From positions 23,520,534-23,584,533 of the forward strand of contig CM120644.1 of the NCBI GenBank assembly GCA_051362555.1: a DNA stretch of 64,000 nt, in the 5' to 3' direction. Under the pieces are notes generated by a model, which worked only from the letters and a program-made list of their open reading frames with translations, did no database searches and was not told where the DNA came from. Numbering within the stretch: the first letter of the stretch is position 1; each line of letters starts with the position of its first letter. A program made the translations under genes and the position numbers. Below, one piece after another: positions 37,411-51,800 of this stretch. The DNA comes from Lingula anatina (lineage: Eukaryota; Animalia; Brachiopoda).

Positions 37411-40400
37411 AGGCGTTTTCGTACTTACCAACAAGGTTCTCTTTTACCTGTCGTCTTCGCTGGTCGTAGCTTCGACTGGACACTGATCAGTAGTCGGTTC
37501 ATATGTTCACGTGGCCGTATCGCGAAAAATTTGTGGCCCATAGATGACCCCTAGGGTCATATGGGCTCCGTTATTTAATTAGCTATCCCCACAATTGTAT
37601 AACATGCTCTACTAGCACTTGTGCGTACGTGATTAAGGTCTACTAGCAACCGCGTATGCGCGGCCACCACGGATCCTCCTTTCCTCCCAATAAATTTATT
37701 ATTTTTAAAATAATATAACTTTATATTTAATGAATTAAAAAACATTTGTGGATTGCAATTTTCTATTGATATACTATCGATGGTATCCCTGTATTAAATC
37801 ATCCACTGCTACCCCCTCTTTTGTAGTGTAGCATGACTCGTATCACAAGATGGCCTTAGAAATGAAGTAAGACAGGCCTATACTCTGATAGTTTTTAGTC
37901 TATTATTAACCCTAATGTCGTTGCTTGTCATTCAATCTAGAACTCTCTGAGCCATCGCAAAGTTATTTGCCAGGACATTAAAGGCTACTTCTTAACGGAT
38001 TTTTTTTATTTGCGCCGAGTCCACAATGTTCGAGGACGTCTCTGTCGTTATCGCCGTTTCCCGGACGCAGTCCCAGACAAAGGATCGGAAAGTTTCTAAA
38101 TAAAAGAACTTATAAATGCTGCCACTAGCCATCCTTATTGTTCCTAAGTAAAGAGAGGCGATAATGATCTGTTCTTTCTTCTAGCTTAGTCTGTCGACTA
38201 AAATGAACAAGGTTAGGCCTACAATGCAACCACCTATTATTACGACCATTAATGAGGTTCTTTGCTACACTCCCTTTCTTCATGATCGCGAAACCAGTGG
38301 GGTGCTGTGTTTTAAATATATAAAAAAGGGTCTCGCGAGGTGAAGCTATAATAATGAACTGAAAAAATCCAATGAATAGGCCTATCTAATAAACCATGAA
38401 GCACGTAGTCTAGGCCTCTTCTTTGACCGACATCAAATTTTTACATTCTTTGTTTTAATAAGAGGACGAACGTGGTCTAATTTGTCTTTTGGTGGTGATT
38501 TTGCTCGAAGTAGCGGAGTCAAGTAAATCGGTGATTTACCGTTGGTAAGAGTAGCAATCATCGCTCCTGCGTCCTCATAGATTACTTTCTAATCACCCGT
38601 AATTAACCCAGTCAGGAATAAGCGCTCAAATAGGGGTTTTTGTATCAGGGAAAATTTTAGTATTAGGCCTAATCTTATGTTATTATGTATCTGTATTATG
38701 TAATCATGTAACTCATTTTCCCAAGGCAACCACCAATTATGACGACCATTAATGAAGTTCTCTGCTACACTCTCTCCTCATGATCACTTGCTCGATCGTG
38801 AAACCCTGGAGGTGTTGTATATATATTTGGGGTAGTTTACTATAGCATGCTACACTCTCCTCATGATCAGCTGCTCGATCGTGAAATCTGGAGTGAAACC
38901 CATGGTTTATCTAACAATGGTTTAAATAAATAAAAAGGGTGTCACGGAGGTGAAGCTGCTTAACTCATAAGAATAATGAACGAAAAAATACGATGAACAT
39001 TTAATAAACCACGAAGCACGTATGTTTTGACCGTTATCGCCTTTTTTACATAAGATGTCTCAACAAGAAGGCAGATGTAGTCCAATTTGTCTTTTGTTGG
39101 TGATTCTGCTTCAGGTGGCTGAGATTAGTTGATCGGTGATGCACCGTTGGTAAGAGTAGCAATCATCACTCCTGCGTTCTAACGGATTACTTTCCAACCC
39201 CCCATAATTAACGCAGCCAGGAATAGGCGCTGAAATAGGGGGTATTAAATCAGAAATTAATTTTTGTAATTATGTATCCGTAAAATAAGAATCGTTACAT
39301 TATCACGTATTATTCCAGATGGAAAATATCACAATTTATGCACGCTGATCGAATTATAATGAGAATCTCCAGATGTAAACAATGGTCAGTCAAGTATCAC
39401 TCATCCCAGGCTGCAGGGCAGATATGGAGAATAAGGTCGCGCGACAAGGTTATTTTCAGTTGCACCCTGGATTACGCACGCTTGCTCCGCAAGGTGTCGC
39501 CTGTGGTGGGTGGGCGGCACAGCCCATATGGTTACTGTGGCGAAGCTGACAAGTACTTCCAAACATTTTTTCATAACTGTCATTATTCCTCATTCTATTC
39601 ACAAATTTGATATTTACGGCAATGGAAAATGTGGCACTGACAAAAGTGGGTCTTGGTGCGTTGACAGGCCGCACAGGTGTCCCCAATTAACCGCCACCAG
39701 AGAAAAGACCCCAAGCATTAAACAACACGACCTGTAGATATTGGAAATTTGGCAAAAGTTAAGCAACTGAGGCTTTATTAGATTTGGGCAGAAATCGAGA
39801 GGAATGTCCAGTGACATGCCAAACCTCTAAGTTCAAGTCTTGGCCCTTGACATCAGTAACGCACCCCTTAGTCAAGAATCTGAACAAATCAATGTTGGGC
39901 AGGTATGCTCTATTTTCTACAGGCGATTTGTGATTTTATCAACTTGATTGTCAAGTGCCAGACCTTTTGTTCCCAGCTACTAGTAGCAAACTTTATCAGA
40001 TAACAATCTGACACTAACTACAGGGATATGCTGCACTAACAGCGCTGTAAACCCAGTTATCAATGCTGTCATCTTTACCTGTATCTTTACCGGTATTATG
40101 CCAGTGGTACGTTTGCTACATTTGAGTAAGGAAATATGCTCTGATGCTTATATTTATTTGTAATACGTTAGCATCAACCTGTTAATAAAATCTTGGAAAC
40201 TTTCAATGTTATTACACAATAACAGTATAATGGTGGGAGATGTTATGATTAAATGCTTAGAAGAAATAATAAGAACAGATTATGTGAAATATAAAATGAA
40301 TTAATTTTATTTGGGTTATTATTTATTTATTTATTTATTTATTTAAAACCAATTAATTATCAAACATGAAGCTTATTTTTAGAAACATTAACAGATATTA

Positions 40401-40765
40401 CTGCAATATAACCCTGCTGGTACACAGATCTACAGTTCTAAAATGCAAATACCTTTCACACACCACTGATGAAATCTGAATAATCATACGTATAAAGCAG
40501 TAAAAATATCACAAAATGCGTGTAGGCAAGATATTTCTACAAGTAACCTCATTAATCAGTCAGGAAACTTCATAATGCATTTAATAAATGTAGAAATTTG
40601 AGCAAAAGAAATTCTACATACAGGCATGACAGATTTACCATATATTGCCACCAACCCTAAACTGAATGGGCATAGAAAGAACAAAGTGAATTTCCCTCCC
40701 ATTAAAAATGAATAATAATAAAAAAATAATAATAAAAACAGATACTGTCAGTCTTAATACTGAAA

Positions 40766-40925
40766 AACAATGGCATCTTGCAGCCTTCACTGCCTCACTA
40801 TTTGCAGACAATGATCTAGTCACTTTAACTGTGTACTTTTGATGAGGCATAGATGCAAGAATAACTCCTTTGAAGTATATTGTGAAGGTCTCTTTTGTCA
40901 TAAATCTGCCACGTATAACCTGAAT
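40766..40925 (-). pseudogene. Remnant resembling the segment leading into a SWIM zinc finger
   Basis: FKGVILASMPHQKYTVKV...VKAARCHC resembles the transposon-associated V.aSM...Y.V...a.C.C pattern. Second copy at ~58927-59090. Confidence 0.4.
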
Positions 40926-41675
40926 GTACATATTGCAATTCACACCGCAGCAGCTTGTCTTAGTAAGGACTCAACCAGTTGAAAACTTGAGACACCGCTT
41001 CAGGGACAAGATCACACCATTTACATGTACCCTTGCTGTGATGATGGATCTACTAGTATCTATGTCTTGTCCTCCTAGTTTCTCTAATACCATTTCCCCT
41101 GATCTATGCTCACATCAATCTCTACAACTTTACCAACAGCTACACATTTTTTACATCTGAAAGTATAAAGCCAAAATTGTAATAAAGCATTATCAATTTA
41201 CTTGTTATATATTGATTTGAGGGCAAAAGAAAAAGGCAGCAACCACGTATCATAATCAAGATAACTGAAAATCAAATATGCATAATCAAATAGCTTTAAT
41301 TGTATATACTACTGATGATTTAATCTTTTAAACTTCAGCATAAATTTTGACTTTCTCTTGTTAAAGCATAGGCACTTTATCAAAATGTGCTTGAACAAAT
41401 AATAATAATAAACAACCTGCACACATGATGGAACATGGAGGTCAATTGCCACAAAATAAGTTGATTTGTACTTGGTAGCCTGAGAAATAGTATCAGGTAT
41501 TAATTTGAGCAGTAATAATACCACAGAGTTAACAACGACACAAGCATATGGTGTTATGTAACAAAATTCATGCATTACTTGCTGTGGCAGTGTCCTCCTC
41601 AACCTATCGCGCACCGCAGGTTTTGATTTTTAATGTCATCAAAAATTTTTTATTGTTGTTAGTTTGATCTATGTA

Positions 41676-44600
41676 CACTATAGCTAATAAGTCCCCGGTC
41701 ACTTTAATAGCACACGCTGTCTACATCAGACGCGCTAATGCGCACGTCCCCGACAGTGTTAATGATAGGGGGATTACGATGGACAGCGCATGTTGCTCAC
41801 AGCAGTAGGCACTGCCGCCGAAGTTAAACCGGTAATTAAGTCTTTAACTTGACTAAACATGTTTTGCTTTGTAACTTGCGTCCTTCAGTCTTGCTGTTGC
41901 GGAAGCGCCGGCGGGACATATCTCCACCTTGCCGATATTTATCCCGACTCTCGACTTTAAAAGTATTATTGGTTTTGATTTTATCAAAGTCTTATTATAT
42001 CAGAAAACCTGCATATTTTCATACGTGAAGAGAATTATAGAAACTGTAGAAAAAGCTACTCGTACATCAGGGATAAAAAACAACACCTTGCAGCACTATT
42101 ACCTATTATTCATCACCAGAAGTTACTGTTTCACTTTTTTCTCCCAAAGTCTGATGACAACTGAAAGCCTTTAGCCATACCTCAGGGCAGTGGGAGATTG
42201 GATTTGATTAAATGTAATAAAAGTATATTTTGAAGAATTTTCCTAGCCTTCGGCAATTTCCGCAAAGCTTCGGCATGCATGGCAATACAGAGCTGTCGAT
42301 ATCTATATGCGTGAACAATAGAATTGGTGGAACAACGGTTAACGTCGTCGAGTCATCTGCAACCTACCGGACGGGAGTTCGTGTCCCTGTCGGTACTTTT
42401 GAAGATTTTGAAATTGTCATTATTATAAATATCTATTAATATATAAAACAGTCGTGGCTAATTGTTTTTTCAACGGAAAGCACAGTAGGAAGGTTTGTTG
42501 TTATTGTTAAAGTTATTATTACTGGGGACATAAATTAGTATGCTTATCTCTTATCATGGTATAATGATTGATACGATGGGTATCAAATAGTTTTCCTTTG
42601 ATATAAACAACAAAAGAGCGGCCTTCCACATATCTTTGCTGAATGTTTATAACGTAGGTACTATTATGCGCAAAAATATTGATACATGACGCAAACGACA
42701 TTTACTAATTTTGGTAATATCAATTTTAATTAAAATTAAATTAATTGAAATTAAAATTAAAATGTGTCTAAACGTGCATATTACCATTCACCTGTTTAAA
42801 GGGTTCGCAACACTTTACATTCTAATACATTTTGCCAATTTTCATGTTTGCTAGATTATTTTGATTTGAGAGAAAGCGAGAGAAGACCCTCTACTAGGGC
42901 CGCAAATTAATTATGAGTATTTTTCTTCAGTGCAAGAGACTGTGTAATGAAAAATATATCTGTAACTCTGGTATAGGGTGGCCTTGTGTGTGTAATAATA
43001 TACAAGTAGGGGCAGGGGTACAGTTTTATAGTACAAATAGTCATTTTATACATCTTATTGATCTCATCGTCGGGTCATTGTTTACAATAGCGCTTTGTCG
43101 CTGTGCGTACCTTTTTGCATTTGAGTTAGACTCAATCAGTAACAGCTGGTGATTTTGTCTTTTTTGCGTTTCATTGACAATATTTTGGCCACCTAAGTAG
43201 GGAAATGTGGCTCTTTGTTTTGAAATGACATTTCCATTGTTCCTTTGAACATGCAAAAGTCAACACACTTACGTCAACATACTTACTTTGTAATACCAAC
43301 CCAGGGGAAGAAACAAAAGCCTCATAAGGTGTCGTCATTCACACTGTAAAAGGTGTTAATTTCATGCTTCTATTGTTTGCCCATGAATCATTATGACAAA
43401 TTTGTAGGGTTGCCAGATCACTGGCGCTTCATTCAATTCTCTATATCTGCCCTGCAGCCTGGGATGAGTGATACTTGACTGACCTTTGTTTACATCTGGA
43501 GATTTTCTTTATAATTCGATCAGTGTGCATAAATTATGATATTTTCCATCAGGAAAAATACGTGATAATGTTACGATTCTTATTTTACGGATACATAATT
43601 ACAAAAATTAATTCCTGATTTAATACCCCCTATTTCAGCGCCTATTCCTGGCTGCGATAATTATGGGGGGTTGGAAAGTAATCCGTTAGAACGCAGGAGT
43701 GATGATTGCTACTCTTACCAACGGTGCATCACCGATCAACTAATCTCAGCCACCTGAAGCAGAATCACCAACAAAAGACAAATTGGACTACATCTGCCTT
43801 CTTGTTGAGACATCTTATGTAAAAAAGGCGATAACGGTCAAAACATACGTGCTTCGTGGTTTATTAAATGTTCATCGTATTTTTTCGTTCGTTATTCTTA
43901 TGAGTTAAGCAGCTTCACCTCCGTGACACCCTTTTTATTTATTTAAACCATTGTTAGATAAACCATGGGTTTCACTCCAGATTTCACGATCGAGCAGCTG
44001 ATCATGAGGAGAGTGTAGCATGCTATAGTAAACTACCCCAAATATATATACAACACCTCCAGGGTTTCACGATCGAGCAAGTGATCATGAGGAGAGAGTG
44101 TAGCAGAGAACTTCATTAATGGTCGTCATAATTGGTGGTTGCCTTGGGAAAATGAGTTACATCATTACATAATACAGATACATAATAACATAAGATTAAT
44201 ACTAAAATTTTCCCTGATACAAAAACCCCTATTTGAGCGCTTATTCCTGACTGCGTTAATTACGGGTGATTAGAAAGTAATCTATGAGGACGCAGGAGCG
44301 ATGATCGCTACTCTTACCAACGGTAAATCACCGATTTACTTGACTCCGCTACTTCGAGCAAAATCACACACCACCAAAAGACAAATTAGACCACGTTCGT
44401 CCTCTTATTAAAACAAAGAATGAAAAAATGTGATGTCGGTCAAAGAAGAGGCCTAGACTACGTGCTTCATGGTTTATTAGATATGCCTATTCATTGGATC
44501 TTTTTATTTCATTATTATAGCTTCACCTCGCGAGACCCTTTTTTATATATTTAAAACACAGCACCCCACTGGTTTCGCGATCATGAAGAAAGGGAGTGTA

Positions 44601-45803
44601 GCAAAGAACCTCATTAATGGTCGTAATAATAGGTGGTTGCATTGTAGGCCTAACCTTGTTCATTTTAGTCGACAGACTAAGCTAGAAGAAAGAACAGATC
44701 ATTATCGCCTCTCTTTACTTAGGAACAATAAGGATGGCTAGTGGCAGCATTTATAAGTTCTTTTATTTAGAAACTTTCCGATCCTTTGTCTGGGACTGCG
44801 TCCGAGAAACGGCGATAACGACAGAGACGTCCTCGAACATTTTGGACTCAGTGCAAATAAAAAAAAATCCGTTAAGAAGTAGCCTTTAAATGTCCTGGCA
44901 AATAATTTTGCGATGGCTCAGAGAGTTCTAGAATGAATGACAAGCAACGACATTAGGGTTAATAATAGACTAAAAACTATCAGAGTGTAGGCCTGTCTTA
45001 CTTCATTTCTAAGGCCATCTTGTGATACGAGTCATGCTACACTACAAAAGAGGGGGTAGCAGTGGATGATTTAATACAGGGATACCATCGATAGTATATC
45101 AATAGAAAATCGCAATCCTCAAATGTTTTTTAATTCATTAAATATAAACGGTCTTTTCTCGTACAATGGGTCTGGTATAGTTGTATTGGCCTATCAGTTG
45201 GAAACACGTGGTTCGTCTACAATTGCAAATGGCGGAGGTGCCGTGGTAGTTATTGTCGTAAAATTAGCTGGATACGGTGCACGTGAGAAAATTATTCATT
45301 AAATTTAGTTTTCGAGCGTCAGCTTAATCTGGTAAAATGCGAGACGAGAAAAATGATAGATAGAGCCTTATGACCCACTGTAGAATGATGCCGAGTAATA
45401 CATCAACGACGTAGTTTATCGGCAGATAAACGTGTTTCCATTCTCGGCTGACTGAGGAAAGGTTTGAGAGAGCATTTAAAGAAGAGGCGGTCGAACCAAT
45501 AGTGAGTAGGAAGTGTGCTGCAATCAAGACGAACAATACCGATCATAAGTGGACAGCTAATAACCCCTAATTAACCCCGGGTTACGCGCTGCTGTGTTGA
45601 CTCCTTGCTGGGAAGGGGTAGCGGCCTCCTACTGCTGTGCGTAATCAAACATTGTCTTCTAACATGCGGCTACACGACGGTTGCATTGTATTAATAAAGT
45701 AATACCTATTCATAAGGAAGGGGGCGGATGGTAATCTTACGAGAATTAAATCAGTTATCGATCATACGCGTACCAATAGTCGTGTTTTTTTTTAGCTATA
45801 CGG
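41676..45803. mobile_element. Family E copy 2, complete 4.1-kb uninterrupted monomer in inverted orientation
   Basis: TA|CACTATAGCTAA ... TTAGCTATACGG|TA. Empty site ttgatttacgTAtctgctattc at ~59860. Confidence 0.88.
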
Positions 45804-48800
45804 TATCTGCTATTCAAATAATATCGTTTGGAAAATAATTAACTGATTTAATTATCCTTTTGCAACATGAAATTATCATTAACTTTGCCGGTTCACGTGT
45901 ACACAGTACCTTGCTATCAGTGCTGCTCTTTTCTCCCCAACTCGCCACTGACAGGCTAACCACATCGTTTCGAAACAACGTTGGTATGCTCCTTTACTTT
46001 TGGTGTTGGCACTTTCGGTTAAAAACAACGTATCGTTTTCACCCATCTTTGCATTGCTCCTGTACAAAATGTCCGCTTGCTGCCCCCCCCCCCCCCCCCC
46101 CCCCCCCCCAGGGAAAAATCGTAGCACGTGGGTAGTTACGCAAGACCTGTGACGTATAACGCGCGCAAGGTTATTGAATGAAGCGCGAGTGATCTGGCAA
46201 CCCTACAAATTTGTCATAATGATTCATGGGCAAACAATAGAAGCATGAAATTAACACCTTTTACAGTGTGAATGACGACACCTTATGAGGCTTTTGTTTT
46301 TTCCCCTGGGTTGGTATTACAAAGTAAGTATGTTGACGTAAGTGTGTTGACTTTTGCGTGTTCAAAGGAACAATGGAAATGTCATTTCAAAACAAAGAGC
46401 CACATTTCCCTACTTAGGTGGCCAAAATATTGTCAATGAAACGCAAAAAAGACAAAATCACCAGCTGTTACTGACTGAGTCTAACTCAAATGCAAAAAGG
46501 TACGCACAGCGACAAAGCGCTATTGTAAACAATGACCCGACGATGAGATCAATAAGATGTATAAAATGACTATTTGTACTATAAAACTGTACCCCTGCCC
46601 CTACTTGTATATTATTACACACACAAGGCCACCCTATACCAGAGTTACAGATTGATTTTTCATTACACAGTCTCTTGCACTGAAGAAAAATACTCATAAT
46701 TAATTTGCGGCCCTAGTAGAGGGTCTTCTCTCGCTTTCTCTCAAATTAAAATAAACTAGCAAACATGAAAATTGGCAGAATGTATTAGAATGTAAAGTGT
46801 TGCGAACCCTTTAAACAAGGTGAATGGTAATATGCACGTTTAGACAAATTTTAATTTTTATTTCAATTAAATTTAATTTTAACTAAAATTGATATTACCA
46901 AAATTAGTAAATGTCGTTTGCGTCATGTATCAATATTCTTGCGCATAATAGTACCTACGTTATAAACATTCAGCAAAGATATTTGGAAGGCCGCTCTTTT
47001 GTTGTTTATATCAAAGGAAAACTATTTGATACCCATCGTATCAATCATTATACCATGATAAGAGATTAGCATACTAATTTATGTCCCCAGTAATAATAAC
47101 TTTAACAATAACAACAAACCTCCCTACTGTGCTTTCAGTTGCAAAAACAATTAGCCACGACTGTTTTATATATTAATAGATATTTATAACAATGACAATT
47201 TCAAAATCTTCAAAAGTACCGACAGGGACACGAACTCCCGTCGGGTAGGTTGCAGACGATTCAACGACGTTAACCGTTGTTCCACCAATTCTATTGTTCA
47301 TGCATTCAGATATCGACAGCTCTGTATTGCCGCGCATGCCGAAGCTTTGCGGAAATTGCCGAAGGCTAGGAAAATTCTTCAAAATATACTTTTATTACAT
47401 TTAATCAAATCCAGACTATCTCCCACTGCCCTGAGGTATGGCTAAAGGCTTTCAGTTGTCATCAGACTTTGTAATTTGGGAGAAAAAAGTGAAACAGTAA
47501 CTTCTGGTGATGAATAATAGGTAATAGTGCTGCAAGGTGTTGTTTTTTATCCCTGATGTACGAGTAGCTTTTTCTACAGTTTCTATAATTCTCTTCACGT
47601 ATGAAAATATGCAGGTTTTCTGATATAATAAGACTTTGATAAAATCAAAACCAATAATACTTTTAAAGTCGAGAGTCGGGATAAATATCGGCAAGGTGGA
47701 GATATGTCCCGCCGGCGCTTCCGCAACAGCAAGACTGAAGGACGCAAGTTACAAAGCAAAACATGTTTAGTCAAGTTAAAGACTTAATTACCGGTTTAAC
47801 TTCGGCGGCAGTGCCTACTGCTGTGAGCAACATGCGCTGTCCATCGTAATCCCCCTATCATTAACACTGTCGGGGACGTGCGCATTAGCGCGTCTGATGT
47901 AGACAGCGTGTGCTATTAAAGTGACCGGGGACTTATTAGCTATAGTGTATTTGTGTGTTCCTGGAAATTCGAACAACATTCTAAAAATTCCGAGTGCATT
48001 CCAAATATTTTTACCCATTCTTGTGACCGGCCCGAATGTTCAAAACTTTCGAAGTGCATTCCAAGTGGAAAATTATCGAATGGCACTTGAATAGTATTCT
48101 AACTGCACTATGACTGCATTCTAAATATTCTTAATAACGCTGTCAGAATGACGTCAGTATATTTAGAATATTGTTGTAAAGCAAAAGACTTACACTTTCG
48201 ATAATTACAAAAATAATTAACACAGAATCAAATGTGTAGGAAGTTACTGAGTGCAAGTTAAATTTCTTTAAGTGTCAACAAGTGTAGAGATTGTTCTCGA
48301 AGTAAGAAAGGATGAACATTTCAAAGTCACATATAATTGGATCTGATTGGTTAATTTTTCTATAGATTTGCACGTTTCTAACACTTGTAAAACTCATGCA
48401 AACTCGAGATGGACAAGGTCCAAGCATGAGTAATTTGGAAAATAGTGTAAATATTTTAAATTAAAAACAGGTCTCACTGAAATTACTAAATTAGGAAATG
48501 TTGAATAGCGTTTTGTAATATGAGAAGGAAAAATTATTTGGGAAAATAGTGTATAAAAAAACCTGTAGCTATTAAAAAACACGACTACTGGTACGCGTTT
48601 AATCGATAACTGATTTAATACTCGTCAGATTACCATCCGCCCCCTTCCTTATGAATAGGTATTACTTTATTAATACAATGCAACCGACGTGTAGCCGCAT
48701 GTTAGAAGACAATGTGTGACTACGCAGAGCAGTATGAGGCCGCTACCGCTCCTCAGCAAGGAGTCAACACAGCAGTGCGTAACCCGGGCTTAATTAGGGG

Positions 48801-51800
48801 TTATTAGTTGTTCACTTATGATCGGTATTGTTTGTCTTGATTGCAGCACACTTCCTACTCACTATTGGTTCGCCCGCCTCTTCTTTAAATGCTCTCTCAA
48901 ACCTTTCCTCAGTCAGCCGAGAATGGAAACACGTTTATCTGCCGATAATGTAATCGTTGATGTATTATTTGGCATAATTCTACAGTGGGTCATAAGGCTT
49001 TCTCTATGATTTTTTTCGTCTGGCATTTTACCAGATTAAGCTGACGCTTGAAAACTAAATTTAATGAATAATTTTCTTAAGTGCACGTATCCAGCTAATT
49101 TTACGACAATAACTTCCACGGCACCGCCGCCATTTGCAATTGTAGACGAACCACGTGTTTCCAACTGATAGGCCAATACAACTTTACCAGACCCATTACA
49201 CGATAAAAAACCGTTTATATTTAATGAATTAAAAAAACATTTGGGAATCGCGATTTTCTATTGATAAACTTTCGATGGTATCCCTGTATTAAATCATCCA
49301 CTGCTACCCCCTCTATTGTAGTGTAGCATGACTCGTATCACACTGTAGTGTTCACAAATATAATTCCCGGACATGTAAATTAATTTGATTAGAGTCGATT
49401 GCTTGTGCACTCGACTCGTTTTATGGCCTTACCTGAAGTCATGTAACTTAAGTGGACGTGTGCAATTTGAATAATTAAAATTAGTATGTACCGCCAAATA
49501 CTGCAGCACAGAATCCACCTAAAGATAAGAAATAGGTATAAAAGACGTATAGAATTAATATCGGGGGACAGACTGAAGAAGACTCGAAGGTGACCGTTCG
49601 ACGGAGCTATGGGAGACAGCCTAGAGCTTGGAGGCTTCACGTAGAACATGTAGTTAGGGATCATCAACTAATAAACCATTTAACTGGTCATTATGTGGAC
49701 TTGGGTTTTCTTTGCGCGACCTCACGTAAAGCTGACACGAACCGTGGAATTTCGAATTGCGTTATCCACTGAGTAAGTCTAAAACGTAATGTCCTATTTC
49801 GAGCCCACGCTTGAATTAAGCGTTCTAAATTATATAAGTTTGGGACATTCATCTCATATGTATATGTAAAGGGACATAACATATTTGGCCGAGCTTCGCC
49901 AGTTTACGTTCCAATGCGCACAAGGAAGACCTGACTAGACACAAAATGGCCAGACGGGGAGGTAAGTATAGAAAGGTTATGTCTTCGCGCAGCGAAGATC
50001 GGTCGGCCAGGCAGTATCACCTACCGGCCGGTAAGTATGAACTATTGTTTATATCTTGCAGTAACAAGTATTTTAATGTCGGATTTTGTGTAAAATTTTG
50101 TTAGTTTTTAACGGTTTTTCGTGCCGTGGTAGGGCCTGTTCATGTTAAGATTAATTAAAAACTTTCCAAATTCAGTGCAAAGTAGGGGTGACTTGCCGAT
50201 TTTAAGTAAAATGTTGATAGTAAGAGAGGAATAAACGGCTCCTCCAATTTAAGTCGATTTAATATGTAAATTGCAAAATTGTTGGTTAAGGGCCACGTAA
50301 TTACGGCACATGAAATGTTTAGGCAGATTGCTTACTTTTTTTTGTAAGACGCAAGAGATCGTTAGTGCATGAAAAATGCAATTTTCGGGAAAAGCTACGT
50401 GTTCGTTACGTGGCAGTCGTAGAAGGGTTATATTCAGGATTGCGTAGCGGAAAAAAAAAATTAAGATAAGTTTTGCGTTGTTGGTAGTATATATCGTCTT
50501 TTGGTGTCGTTGTTGTATTTTAACATGTTTTCGGGTTATTGTTGCGTTGATTCGGTGATTGACGAAATTTCTTCGTAGTAAAATAAGGGTTTTACGTTGA
50601 TATGGTCTTGATCGGATTTTTAAATTTGTAACGTTCAGATGTACAGGCTATTGTGCTATTAATTATAATTGCCTATACTGTCGCGCAAGGGCCGACACAG
50701 GCAAGCGGTAAGATAAAGAACTTCAAGTGTTTGCTAATTGCGTCGATCGAATTACATGTAATAGTTGGAGATTACATCAGAATTTGGTAACATAGATAAG
50801 AAGCGGCATTCGTGGTGATAAGGAACGTGTTCTTAGGCAAATTTGAATATAGAGGCAATATCAAAGCTTTGGTCTATAATGGGAATATTAAAAACGGGTG
50901 TCGAAATAAACCGGACCGAACTGGTTTAGGCAAGGCACGTGCGTAGGCAGACAGTAATTAAAAACGGACACACAGACAGACAAACACGTGTACTTTTGGA
51001 CTTTTATATTATGCGAGAGGACAATTAAACGTCGTGACGGGTAATGAAGGAAGGAGGCTCATATGGCGTGGTGAAAACAGGTTACTTTATCTCGAAGTGA
51101 GGTTAGAGACCCAGTATTTATTTTTTAAGGTTATCCTGCTGTTAAGTAATAGGAGCAGAAGATCTGGTACATTCCTAGCGACGTAGGGCTGCTTGTTAAT
51201 TTAGGTCCACCGATGGATAAATGCAAGTAAGACCAGATGTTTTATTATTTATTTAAAATGGTTCCCTGCTTCCGTATGGGAGCGAAAAAATTCTGGTATG
51301 TTCCTAGCGACGTAGGGCTGCTTGTTAATTTAGGTCCACCGATGGATAAATGCAAGTTAGACCAGATAATTTCTTTAAGGGTACCATGCTCCACGTTGGA
51401 GTGTCGGGACTGGTATTTTAGACCAGGTATTTTTTATGTTGATGCCTGCCCACGAAGGGATAGGTAGCAGAACCGTGTTCTGTGGGAACTGGGTAGAGAT
51501 TTTGTCTTGCTAATATCTTGTTGTTGTTTGAGTAACCAGCCATGATGATCGATACGACGGGTGTTCTGTGACTTCGGAAACATACAGAGTTTTGCTGGCA
51601 ATATGTGCCGGATATTGCTGGCAGACAGACCATGACGGCACTGGTAGCTCACACAGTTTTATCTGCAGCATATGGCCAGGTGTTGCTGATGAGGCAGGCC
51701 GAGTCGGCGCTGGTAGCTTGATACGGTCGTGATGGTGCTGGTAGCTTGATTAGGTCTAACTGTGGATTTTCCTGTTGTCTGGGATGATAGGTGGTGTTTT

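Larger units (their letters stand above)
30017..37724 (-). mobile_element. Ngaro-like tyrosine-recombinase retrotransposon
   Basis: 314-bp direct repeats at 30017-30330 and 37411-37724 (about 4 differences). gag, RT/RNase H, YR and SGNH ORFs present; no adenine methyltransferase domain seen. Confidence 0.88.
39433..46172. mobile_element. TIR-less element Z, copy 1 (~2.6 kb without the nested E copy)
   Basis: Inserted in gagA-AT-Tgaatg with AT duplicated. Empty sites at ~43435 and ~61042. Second copy at 57377-60229. Confidence 0.82.
37720..47947. mobile_element. Family E copy 1 (non-autonomous TA-flanked DNA transposon), left end lost at the YR-element junction
   Basis: Right end ...CCGGGGACTTATTAGCTATAGTG|TA. 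Colinear with copy 3 and inverted relative to copy 2. Confidence 0.8.

Noticed and set aside
47950-48560. CATTC-rich spacer between E copies
   Set aside because: Possibly an older transposon remnant, but no termini could be identified.
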